From assembly GCF_009914755.1 (NCBI RefSeq), contig NC_060927.1: 64,000 nt of DNA; one strand, 5' to 3'. The DNA is from the human T2T-CHM13v2.0 reference genome, Homo sapiens. Shown piece after piece: positions 46,665 through 59,257 of the stretch. Every line of letters begins with the position of its first letter. The first letter of the stretch is position 1. Both the position numbers and the translations under genes were made by a program. A model generated the notes under the pieces. It was not told the origin of the DNA. It searched no databases and saw only the letters and a program-made list of their open reading frames with translations.

Positions 46665-47880
46665 GCCTTTCATTTCTTATTCTTGAACTTTGCATTGAAT
46701 AGAGCCTCCAATACCATGTTGTATGGAAGTGGTAAGAGCAGCCATCTATCATTCTCATCTTAAAGGGAAAGCATGTAGTCTTTCAAGTAACATTAAGCAC
46801 AATGTTAGCTGTAGGATTTTCTTAGATGGTCTTCATCAGCTTGAGGAAGTTCCCTTCTATTCTTAGTTTGTAGACTTTTTTTTTTTTTTATCAGGGTTAC
46901 AGTATTATTTTGTTAAATCCTTGTTCTTTGTCTATCGAGAAAATAATATGGATGTCCTTTTTAGTCTGTTAACATGGTGAATTGCATTGATTGAATTTTA
47001 AATTTATTTCTGTATTCCTAGAATAAATCTTATTTTAATAGTATATTATATTTTTATAGATAGGTGAATTCAATTAGTTAAAATCATATAAGAAATTTTA
47101 GCATCTATATGAATGAGAAATACAGTTTTCTCTTGTGTAATACCTTTGGTTTTGGTAGCAGGATAATGCTGGCCTCATTAGATAAGCCTGGGGATTTTTC
47201 CTTCATCTTGGATTTTTTTGAGAGAATATGTATACAATAGGTATATTATTTATCTTAAATATTTGGTAAACTTCATTAATAAAGTTATTTGAGCATAGAG
47301 TTTTCTTTGTAATAGGTTTTTAAATTGCAAATTCAATTGCTTTAAGAGATACAGTGTTATTCAAGTTATTTCTTCTTAAATAAGCTTTGGCAGTTTGTGT
47401 CTGTCAAGGAATCTCATCTAAGCTTAAAAACGTATAGGCATAATTTCTTTATTCTTTCATTACTATTTAACATCTGTAGAATGTTTAGTAATGGCATATC
47501 CCTCATTCTTGATATTGATCATTTGTGTCTTCTTTTTCATCAATCTGAGTGGAAATGTATAAATTTTGTTGATCTGCTCTAACAACTAGCTTTTGCTTTT
47601 ACTATTGTTTCTCTGTTTTCTATTTCATTGATTTTTGCCCAATTTTACAATTTTGTGCTTTTCTGCTTACCATATAAGTTTAATTTTACCTTACTCTATT
47701 CTTAAGGTAGACATTCAGGTAATTTATTTGATAACTTTTTCTTGTGATACAAATTTCTAGTGCTATAATTTCCCCTTAAGTATTGTTAATACAGGTACTA
47801 CAATAAACAGGGGAATGCAGGTATCTCTTTGATATACTGATTTACTACCTCTTGGGTATATACCCAGCAGTGAGATTGCC
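46665..47880 (-). mobile_element. Old L1M ORF2 fragments
   Basis: ttgaggaagttcccttctattcttagttt and ggataatgctggcctcat are antisense RT-region motifs. Confidence 0.75.
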
Positions 47881-50800
47881 CACCACCTGATCCTAGGGCA
47901 AACTTGTATCCTCCCTATGAAACCACAGCTCATGAACTCTTGAAAGCACCTCTTCTTGGCTGGAGGTCAACCGACACAAAACCAGCACACTTAACAAAAA
48001 TACAACTAAGGACCCTCACAGAGTCCACTTCACATCCCTGCTACCTCCACCAGAGCAGGTGATGGTATTCAGGGCTGAGAGACATGAAGACAGACCATAT
48101 CACAGGACTCTTTGCAGACACTCCCCAGTACCAGCCAAAGCCAGTAGCTCACTGGGTGGTTAGATCCAGGGGAGAAATAACAATCACTGCTGTTTGGCTC
48201 TCAGGAAGCCTCATTCCTAGGGGAAATGGAAGAGGACTACATCAAGGGAGCACCCACAGGACAAAATAATCTGAACAGCAGCCTTTGAGTGCCAAATCTT
48301 CCCTCTGACATAGTCTACCTAAATGAGAAGGAACCAGAAAAACAATTCTGGTAATATGAAAAAACAAGATTCTTTAACACCCCCAACAGATTACACTAGC
48401 TCACCAACAATGGATCCAAACCAAGACAAAACCTCTGAATTGACAGAAAAAGAATTCAGAAGGTTGACTATTAAGCCAATCAAGGAGGCACCAGAGAAAG
48501 GTGAAGTCCAACTTAAAGAAATCAAAGAAATAATACAAAATATGAATGGAAAAATCTCAAGTGAAATAGATAGCATAAATAAAAAAAATCACAACTTCTA
48601 GAATGAAGGACACACTTATAGAACTACAAAATGCACTGGAAAGTACAATCAATAGAATTGAAAAAGTAGAAGAAAGAACTTCAGAGCCCAAAGATAAGGA
48701 TTTTGAATTAACTCAATCTGAAAAAGAAAATAAAAAAGAATTAAAAAAGAAACAAAGCCTCCAAGAAGTTTAGAATTATGTTAAACAACCAAACCTAAGA
48801 ATAATTGGTGTTCCCAAGGAAGAAGAGATATCTAAAAATTTGGAAAACCTATTTGAGAGAATAATCAAGGAAATCTTCCCTGACCTTGCTAGAGATTTAG
48901 ACATCAAAATACAAGAAGGTCAAAGAACACCTGGGAAATTCATCACAAAAACGTCATTGCCTAGGCAGATAGTCATCAGGTTATCTAAAGTCATGAAAAG
49001 AATCTTAAGAGCTGTGATGCAAAAGCATCGGGTAAGCTCTAAAGGAAAACCTATCAGGTTAACAGATTTCTCAGCAGAAAAGCTATAAGCTAGAAGGGAT
49101 TGGGGTCCTATTTTAAGCCTTCTTAAATAAAACAATTATTAGCCAAGAATTTTGTATCCAGTGAAACTAAGCTTCATAAATGAAGAAAAGATACAGTCCT
49201 TTTCATACAAACAAATGCTGAGAGAATTTACACTACCAAAACAGCACTGCAAGAACTGCTAAAAGAAACTCTAAATCTTGAAACAAATCCTTGAAAAACA
49301 CCAAAATAGAGTCTCCTTAAAGTGTAAATATTACGGGACCTATACAACAACAACACAATGAAAAAAAAAGTATTCAGGCAAGAAATAGCACCATGAATAG
49401 AATAGTGCCTCACTTTGTAATACTAAAATTGAATGTAAATGGCCTAAATGCTCCACTTAAAAAATACACATTGGCAGAATCAGTAAGAACTCACCAACCA
49501 AGAATCTGCTGTCTTCAAGAGATTCACCTGACACATAAGAACTCACATAAACTTAAGGTAAAGGGGTGTAAAAAAGATATTCCATGCAAATGGACACTAA
49601 AAGCAAGCAGGAGTCGCTATTCTTAAATCAAACAAAACAAACTGTAAAGAAACAGAAGTTAAAAAAGACAAAGAGGGGCATTATATAATGATAAAAGGAC
49701 TAGTCCAACAGAAAAATATCACAATCTTAAATATATATGCACCTAACACTGGACCTCCCAAATTTATAAAACAATTACTACTAGAATGAAGGAATTAGAT
49801 AGACAGCAACACAATAATAGTGGGGGACTTCAATACTCCAGACAGCACAAGACAGGTCATCAAGATAAAAAGTCAACAAAGAAAAAATGGACTTAAACTA
49901 TACCCTAGAACAAATGGACTTAACAGATATTTACAGAACATTCTATCTGACAACTTCATAATATACATTCTAATCATCAGCCATATGGAACATTCTCCAA
50001 GACAGACCATGTGATAGGCCACAAAACAAGTCTCAACAAATTTGAGAAAACTGAAATTAGAGCAAGTATTTTCACAGACCACAGTGGAATAAAATTGGAA
50101 ATCAACTCCAAAAGAACCCTCAAGATGAAAATTTAAAAATTCTTTGAACTGAATGATAATAGTGACACAACCTATCAAAACCTCTGGGACACAGCAAAGG
50201 TGGTGCTAAGAAGCAAGTTCATAGCATTAATCGCCTACATCAAAAAGTCTGAAATAGCACAAATAGATAATCTAAGGTCACACCTCAAGGAACTAGAGAA
50301 AGAAAAACAAACCAAATCCAAACCCAGCCGAAGAAAAGAAATGACCAAGATCAGAGCAGAACTAAATACAATTGAAACAAAAAATACAAAAGATAAAAGA
50401 AACAAAAAGGTGGTTTCCTAAAAAGATAAATAAAATTGATAGATTATTAGCAAGATTAACAAAAAAAAGAAAAGATCCAAATAAGCTCAATTAGAAATGA
50501 AACAGGAGCTATTACTACTGATATCACAGAAATACAAAAGATCATTCAAGGCTACTATGAACACCTTTACACACATAAACTAGAAGACCTAGAGGAGATG
50601 GATAAATTCCTGGATGTATACAACCCTCCTAGATTAAGTCAAGAAGAAATAGAAACTCTGAACGGACCAATAACAAGCAGTGAAATTAAAATGGTAATTA
50701 AAAACTTAACAAAAAAAAAAAAACAAAAAACAAAGGTCCAGGACCAGACAGAATCACAGTTGAATTCTATCAGACATTCAAAGAAAAATTGCTACTAATC

Positions 50801-53341
50801 CTATTGACACTATTTCAAAAGAAAGAGAAAGAAGGAATTCTCCTCAAATTATTCTATAAAGCCAGTATCACCCTAATACCAAAATGAGGAAAGGACATTA
50901 AAAAAAACTACAGACCAATATCCCTGATGAGTATAGGTACAAAAATTCTCAACAAAATACTACCTAACCAAATCCAACAGCATATCACAAAGACAATCCA
51001 TGATAATCAAATGGGTTTCATATCAGGTATGCAGGGATGGTTTAACATACACAAGTCAATAAATGTGATATACCACATAAAAAGAATTAAAAACAAAAAT
51101 CACATAGTCATCTCAATAAATGCAGAAAAGCGTTCAACAAAATCCAGCATCCTTTTATGATTAAAACCCTCAGCAAAATCAGCATAGAAGGGACATACCT
51201 TAATGTAATAAAGCCATCTATGACACACCCACAGCCAACATTATACTGAATGGGAAAAAAATGAAAGTATTTCCCCTGAGAACTGGAACAAGACAAGGAT
51301 GCCCACTTTAACCACGTCTATTCAACATAGTACTGGAAGTCCTAGCCAGAGCAATCTTACAAGAGAAAGAAATAAGGGGTATCCAAATTGGTGAAGAGAA
51401 AGCTGAACTGTCACTCTTTGCTGATGATGTAATTGTATACCTAGAAAACTCTAAAGAGTCATACAAAAAGCTCCTAGAACTGACAAAAAATTCAACAGTG
51501 TTTTAGAATACAAAATTAATGTATACAAGTCAGCAACACTGCTATACACCGACAGCAACCAAGCTCAGAATCAATTCAAGAACTCAACCTTTCTTACAAT
51601 AGCTGCAAAAAATAATATACTTAGAAATATATCTAACCAAGGAGGTGAAAGACCTGTACAAGGAAAACTACAAAACACTGCTCAAAGAACTTATATACAA
51701 CACAATTAGAAACACATCCATGCTCATGGATGGACAGAATCAGTATTGTGAAAATGACCATACTGTCAAAAGCAGTCTACAAATTCAATGCAATTCTCAT
51801 CAAAACACCACCATCGTTCTTCAGAGAACTAGAGAAAAACAATCCTAAAATTCATATGGAACAAAAAAAGAGTGCACATAGCAAAACAAGACTAAGAAAA
51901 AAGAACAAATCTGGAGGCATCACACTACCCAACTTTAAACTATAAGACCATAGTCACCAAAACAGCAATGTACTGGTATAAAAATAGGCAATAGACCAAT
52001 GCAACAGAATAGGGAATCCAGAAATAAACCCAAATACAATCAGCTGATCTTCAGCAAAGCAAGCAAAAACAGAAAGTGGGGATAGGACACCCTAATCAAC
52101 AAATGGTGCTGGGATAATTGGCAAGCCACATGTAGAGAATGAAACTAGATCCTTGTCTCTTACCTTATACAAAAATCAACTCAATATGGATCAAGGACCT
52201 AAATCAAAGCATGAAACCATAACAATTCTAGAAGATAACATTGGAAAAACCCTTCTAGACACTGGCTTAGGCAAAAACTTCATGACCAAGAACCCAAAAG
52301 CAAATGCAACAAAAACGAATATAAATAGATGGGACTTAATTAAACTAGAAAGCTTCTACACAGCAAAAGGAACAGTCAGCAGAGTAAACAGAAAAACCAG
52401 AGTGGGAGAAAATCTTCACAATCTATACATCTGACAAAGAACTAATATCCAGAATCTACAATGAACTCAAACAAATTAGCAAGAAAAAAATCAAACAATT
52501 CTATCAAAAAGTGGGCTAAGGACATGAATAGACAATTCCCAAAATAAGATATACAAATGGTCAACAAACATATAAAAAAATGCTCAGCATCACTAATTAT
52601 CATGGAAATGCAAATCAAAACCACAATGCAATACCACCTCACTCCTGCAAGAATGGCCATATTCAAAAAATAATAGATGTTGGCATGGATGTGGTAAAAA
52701 GGGAACAGTTTTACACTGCTGGTGGGAATGTAAACTACTACAACCACTATGGATAACAATGTGGAGATTCCTTAAAGAACTAAATGTGCATCTACCATTT
52801 GATTCAGCAATCCCATTGCTGGGTATCTAACCAGAGGAAAACAGGTCATTATATGAAAAATATACTTGCACACACATGTTTATAGCAGCACAATTTGCAA
52901 TTGCAAAAATGTGGAACCAACCCAAATGCCCATCAATCAAGTGGATAAAGAAAATGTGGCATATATATACCATGGAATACTACTCAGTCACAAAGGAATG
53001 ATATAATGGCATTTGCAGCAACCTGGATGGAATTGGAGACCATTATTCTAAGTGAAGTAACTCAGGAATGGAAAACCAAACATTGTTTGTTCTCACTGAT
53101 ATGTGGGAGCTAAGCTATGTGGACTCAAAGGCATAAGAATCATACAATAGACTCTGGGGACTCAAGGGAAGGGGTATGAGGGGTGTGAGGGATAAAAGAT
53201 TACACATTGGGTACAGTGTACACTGCTTAGGTGATGGGTGCACCAAAATCTCAGAAATCACCACTGAAGAACTTATTAATGCAATCAAACACCACCTGTT
53301 CCCCCAAAACCTATTGAGATAAATAAACAAATAAAAATAAA
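47881..53341 (+). mobile_element. Near full-length L1PB (5'UTR truncated), inactive
   Basis: ORF1 MRRNQKNNSGN at 48323, ORF2 from 49393 with CCLQE and GMQGWFN, and a 3'UTR ending aaacctattgagataaataaac. Confidence 0.92.
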
Positions 53342-53344
53342 GGT

Positions 53345-54225
53345 TTTTACTCTGGCTGAGGGGAACATAAATTATTCCCAGTCATGTGTGAGCTCCAGGG
53401 ATTACTTATACTCAGACTTTTGAGTAGATTTTTCTCCGTCATGGGTAGTATCTTCATAAAAATATGCTGCTTAATACTCAGGACCCTTGGCATATCCTCA
53501 GAACTCTTTCTCTATGCAGATCTCTCCTCTCAGGTATTTTAATTTTTAACTCTAGCCATGTTGACTCATCCAGTGTATTAGTCCATTCTCATACTTCTGT
53601 GAAGAAATACCCAAGACTGGGTAATTTGTAACCAAGGAAGGTTTAATTGACTCACATTTGCACATGGCTGGGGAGGCCTCAGGAAACTTACAATCATGAC
53701 AGAAGAGGAAGCAGGCATCTTCATCACAAGGTGGCAGGAGAGAGAGTGAGCGCGCAGGAACAACTGTCAAACACGTATAAAACCATCAGATCTTGTGAGA
53801 ACTCCCTCATTATCATGAGAACAGCATGGAGAAATTGCCCTCATGATCCAATCACCTCCCACCAGGTCCCTCCCTTGACACTTGGGGATTATAATTCAGA
53901 TTACAATTCAAAATGAGATTTGGGTGGGGACACAGAGCCAAACCATATCACCTAGACACCAATCTTCATCTTCTCCACTCAATGAGTTTGCTGGTTTCTG
54001 TGTGGCTTCCCTCTCTCCCTGTGCTTTAGTCCAGAAACTCTCTCCAGGAAGTAAGCTAGTGAAGTTATATGGCTCACCTATTTGTCCTTCTTCTCTCAGT
54101 GATCATTGCTCTGTGCCACCTGATGTTTGTTAACAGACGTTTCATGTATTTTGTCTATGTTTTTAGTTGGTTTGATGAGAGAATAAATCTAGCCACTATT
54201 ACTCAATTTTGCCTAGAAATAAGAA
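53345..54225 (-). mobile_element. L1MC/MD 5' end, interrupted by THE1D
   Basis: Homologous to 40490-40905 (aaactctctccagg...ctcacct...tttagttg). Confidence 0.6.
53574..53950 (-). mobile_element. THE1D-like solo LTR
   Basis: tgtattagtccattctcatac...gggtggggacacagagccaaaccatatca. Confidence 0.92.
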
Positions 54226-55852
54226 TCCCAATATTCTCTGTACTCTCAGATGTTACTTTTCACACAATTTAACACATTTTAATATGCATCTGACTATGAC
54301 ACAATTTTTAGTTTAATATCAGTTCCAAAATATAACCTAAGTTACCTAATATTCTTAGTCTAAATGGCCTCGTTTTTGTAAGTGATATGGTTGGACCACA
54401 TCAGTGGCATTCAACTTTCTATCTCCTCCAATAGATCTGAGTAATATTACAGAGATTCTCTCTGGGGGGATGATTCTCAGTATTTGGGGAGTGGATTGGT
54501 GTTCACTATCTTCATGAAATATAATAAAGGGGATTGTGTACTTTGGGAATATAAAGAAGTCTTTGGTGGGATGCATCTATTTCCTCAACTGACACTCTGA
54601 AGTAGATGATTCAATTCTAGGAACATCTATTGAACAACTTGAGTATTATATGAAACCATGTTCAGTTCCGTGAAAAAGGGAAATATTACTAAGACTGGTT
54701 TCATATCCCTAAATATTATATAATAAATAGTGGTAACCTCTAAAGTTCTGTTACTAAAAATGTCTGAAAATTATTATGAGAGTTGGGAAAATATATAATT
54801 GATATCAGAATACTAGAACTCATTGCATTAACAAAATTTGTTTCTAGTAGTCCAGATTTTTCAGATCACAAAAATGCAGAGGTACATGATGTGGTAGTCT
54901 GCATTGCCAACTAACATCTGGAAGAGTTCTTTAGGTCTCTGGTAATGGCCAAATAATCTAATCGATAGAAAACGATACATCATTTTGTATTTTTATGTTT
55001 TACAAATGTATTTTCAAATCTCAAACTCTCTAAGTCTCAAACTCCTCTAAATCTAAATTATAAATCTCAAACTCCTCTAAATATGTTAAAAAGATCCGTA
55101 TACTTGTGAAAATTCACAGCCAATGGTATTTATCTATAATTCATTGACTCAAACACAAGAGCTAATTTGTCTGTATTATGCTTTAGAGACAGTTAATCAC
55201 TGACACTATTTTTTTGCAATAAACTAGAATAGCTCAGTAATTTTCCCACTTAGTAGACTTTTTATTTCTTACCTACGTATCTAATATAATTAATGCATTT
55301 ATGGATTAACTGTCTCAGACTGTGAAACAGCTGGTGCAGAAAACCTACTAATCACTAATTACTGTAGATTCCTTCTGGAAAATAACTTTCAATGTGCAGA
55401 CCCAGGGGTTTCTAATCTAGTTAAAGGATTTCCAAGTGGGATGTGCAGCACTTCAGCCAATCTGTACAAACTAATTGCTATGTAGCTATGTAGCCTGAAA
55501 TGTAATCAAAATCATATGTGCATAAACCAGAGAGTTGCATATTTAAAAACATTTTCTGGATGTGAATAAAAAGAATTGTTCAAGTGTGAGCTGGCACCAG
55601 ACCAGCTTTGCAGTAAATCCCAAAATTCTGTTGCCATTTTCTTCCTTTCTCTGACTTTACTAAGAAAGGGTACAGTTTTCCCTATATCTTGATTCATGTT
55701 TTATATTTTCCAATTGTTATTTATAAGTGATACTTCTTACCTAATATAAAAGAAACACATTTTAGAATCTCAGGAGAAATAAGGGCAATTTTGTGCTGTG
55801 ATGATGGGTCAAATAAAGTTGTAGTACCAGGTAGTTGCTGTCCTACGACCAG

Positions 55853-56042
55853 TAGATAATTTTCAATCTTCAGTGTACATTTGAATTACTTAAAGAAGTT
55901 GTTAAATGCAGTTTCTCCATCTCTGTCTCAAGAGATTCTGATTCAGTAGGTCTGGGGTGAGGCCCAAGAACTTGCATTTTTAACAAACCTTTCCAGTAAT
56001 TCTGATGAAGATGGACTATAGAGCATTTTTAAACAATGACTG
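55853..56042. mobile_element. MER5A/B hAT-Charlie remnant
   Basis: agagattctgattcagtaggtctggggtgaggcccaagaacttgcatttttaacaa. Confidence 0.8.
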
Positions 56043-57143
56043 GAATAGCCATGAGTTTTCCAAATTCTCCTCCCTTCTCTGTATTAACCTTGTTTGAAAT
56101 TTAAATGTTTTCTTTTGTTAAAAACATGCTAGTACTAAATTTTGATATTTTAATTAATGAAAGGGGTTCATTCTCTTTTCCCTCATATTACACGCTCTCT
56201 TCCCACTGGTTTATTGGATTTAAGTTTTCCAACCCTATGGTATTACACAGAATTAAAAAAAAAAAATAGGCCAGTGGATGCTCCAGTAAAAAATAAGAAA
56301 AGCTTTAATCTTAATGCTATAGCAAAATACATCCCCCTCCCTACCCTCTGGATTCCATACAGTGAGAGCCCCCTGGAGATACACTTCTGGTATCTTTCTC
56401 TATTCCTAAATCACTCCTCCCCGAGAAGGCAGAGTGAAGTATCAGGTCAATAATGGACATGGGGTTATGTTTCTCAGTTGGGGGAAGATAATATATTCAA
56501 ACCTGTATGAAATGGTGTGTCAGTCTCCCTTCGTCTCCCATTCTCAGTGTAAAGCAGAAATTTGGGGTATGTGCAACTTGTCTACAGATTGACTTTTCCC
56601 TTGAGTGCTATGATTGGACTAGGAGTACAGGAAGAGAAAGTGCTTGCATGTCTAGTTGGTCTTCACACTAAGTCACATCCTCCCAATAACTTCATAAGCA
56701 ATAAAGGTAATATTTTAGAAATCCATATACCTGACTCCTGTTCTATATCTCTCAATGTTTCTGGACTTGGGTGTGGAAAAGAGTGTTATTTATTGATCCC
56801 TACCCCTTAGACCCCAGTTCTTGGCAGATTGAAGCATAATAGCACATTTTCCCTATCTCTCTTTACATGGGTATTTCTATCAGTCTATTTTTACCTATTT
56901 ACATGGCCTTTGTTTTTCATTTTCTTTTAATCTAATGCATTTTTTTCTAAAGTAAAAGACTCACAGAAATAAAGGAAAATAGGTTCCAAATCTGCTTCCA
57001 GCTCTACAGTTCCAGTTCTAAGCTTACCATCAAAATACGTAAATAGGACAAATCTGCATACCAGTTGGAGATAAAGAGTCAGTGTCTTTCCATGTTGAAA
57101 AACCAGAGGGACCCATGCAAGATTCAATCTTCAGGTCGTATCA

Positions 57144-57537
57144 TGTATTAGTTTCCAAGGGCTGCCATAATAAAGGATCACAAACTGGGTGCCTTACAAC
57201 ACCAGAAATGTATTCCTTCACAGTCTGGAGGCTGTGAGGGAGAATTTGTTCTATGCTTCTCTCCTGGTTTCTGGTGGTTGTCGGCAATCCTTGATTTCCT
57301 TGGCTTGTAGATGCATCACTCTCTGCCTTAATGGAGGTGATGGTATTCTTTCTGTGTGTCTGTCTCCAAATTTTCCTCTTTTTATAAGACACCAGTAATT
57401 AGATTAGAGCCCCTTCTAATCAATTACAAACTCTCTTAATTTGATTATAACTACAAAGACCTTAAGATAAAGTCATATTCACAGATATATTCACAGATGT
57501 GATTTTTGATGGGGGACACCATACAATGTAGTACCCA
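57144..57537 (-). mobile_element. MLT1B/C-like solo LTR
   Basis: tgtattagtttccaagggctgccataa...tccttggcttgtagatgcatcactc...gggggacacc. Confidence 0.85.
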
Positions 57538-59198
57538 GCACATTGAAGGAGGACTTGAGAGGTGATTATCATGGTTGTCTACCAAACATCCATCCTACCA
57601 CTGTGGATTAGCCCTCTGGCTTGGGTGGTACCATTCTCAAACCCAGCTGGTTATTTGTTTTCATTATTTATCCATTTACATGGTTTTATAAACTTGTTTT
57701 TTCTACCAAATTTTCCACTAATAAAGAAAAACATAAGCTATTTGAAGTCTGAATGAAAAAGAACATTTTGCCGTTTTAACACATACCAGAAAATGGCTCT
57801 AAACTATTTATTCGATATGCATGATTCTGCACACTGTACTTAGTACTTTCACTAAGCAATGGAAACAAAGGCATCAAACTTACCTTAACAAATTTTTGGT
57901 AATCTAAGAGAAAGAGAAACTTATATAGCATACTCTCATTTTTTTCTCTATGTTACACTTATAAAGCCAAGTCCAACATGAACAGACAAGAGCTGTGTTG
58001 CTTTGGAAGATGCAGAGTAGTCCCCAAACGAATCTCAATCTTTACTCACATCTTTTGAAAACATTTAAAGGGGTGTCATATAGTTGATCTATAACAACTC
58101 TTCTTAGTCTCTCTTGTGTCTAGCATTCCCACTTTGCAGAAACCTTCTTTTCTCGTAGCCTAGAACTTTCTCTTTGATAGCGTACCATCCCAGCCATCTT
58201 ACCCAGTGAACTCTCTCTCATCACTGTATCCTTTCAGTCCGTTGGCACGTTATATCCCGTGGCAGTTGTATCCCCTGTTGCAGTGTCCCTCAGGGTGTGG
58301 TTCACCTTTTCTGGTGATTTGCTTATGGATTTTGTTCTTTTTCTACTTGGAGTTCAGGAAAGGGAGATAAAAGCTAAGTAGGGAATATCAAGTGGTTTTC
58401 TTGGAGCAGGTAGGGGAACTGGTAGGAATCAGGTGAAGGTAGCAAGGAGGTGGGGGGAATATTATGAGCTTCTGAATTTTAGGTTTTTTGTTTAGTTTTG
58501 TTTTATCACTTTTGTACCATGGAAAATCACCAGAAAACTTTCTACATGTACCATATTATCACAGCTCTCCCTCTTCACAGAAAAGCTTTTATGGGTTGGG
58601 TATTTTAATGTTTGTGTTCACTTTTATGAAGCATGCAATATTTTATGAGGCTCCTAAATGAATATCTGTTCCTATGGTTTCAGACATTGCAGAAGAGGGC
58701 CTGGGAAATGGGAGTTGTCCACTGAATCTGGTTGATACAGCTCTAATGCTGCTGTGACTTGGTGAACAAAATAGATTTGAATCAACACTTTTCAGATTGG
58801 CTAGAAATTCTTTTGCAGAATCTGGATCCTTCTTCCATAACACATATATACTCTGTAAATGGAATGTGCAGATCACGTTTTTCTATGTTTCCTTCCTTAC
58901 ATGTTCTGACTTGCCTGCACGTTGAAAAGAAAATCAAGAAAAATGTTTCTTTGAGAATTTCCCCTTCTGAATATTTCCCCCACCCCAATAGCATCTACAG
59001 TGCTAGAAAATGTTCTTCCAGGGTTTTAAGAACACCAATTAGTTTCACAGTTGGAGGCAAAACACTTCCCTTGGAGAGCATTTCTTAACATACAGCAGAA
59101 TCCTTGGTTAGCCCCTGGCTGTGTTAAAAGGAGAGAGAAACAAAACTCACTTTTCTCCTCCTGTTCAGTCACATCTTTCTTCACCTCTTCTTTTCTAG

Positions 59199-59257
59199 CT
59201 ATATATCTTCTTTTACTTTGGGCTGTTGAGCTGTGAAGCTCTATGCCTCTCGTGATG
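59199..59257 (+). other. Candidate short exon (59 nt)
   Basis: Acceptor catctttcttcacctcttcttttctag| and donor ATG|gtaagt. Confidence 0.35.
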
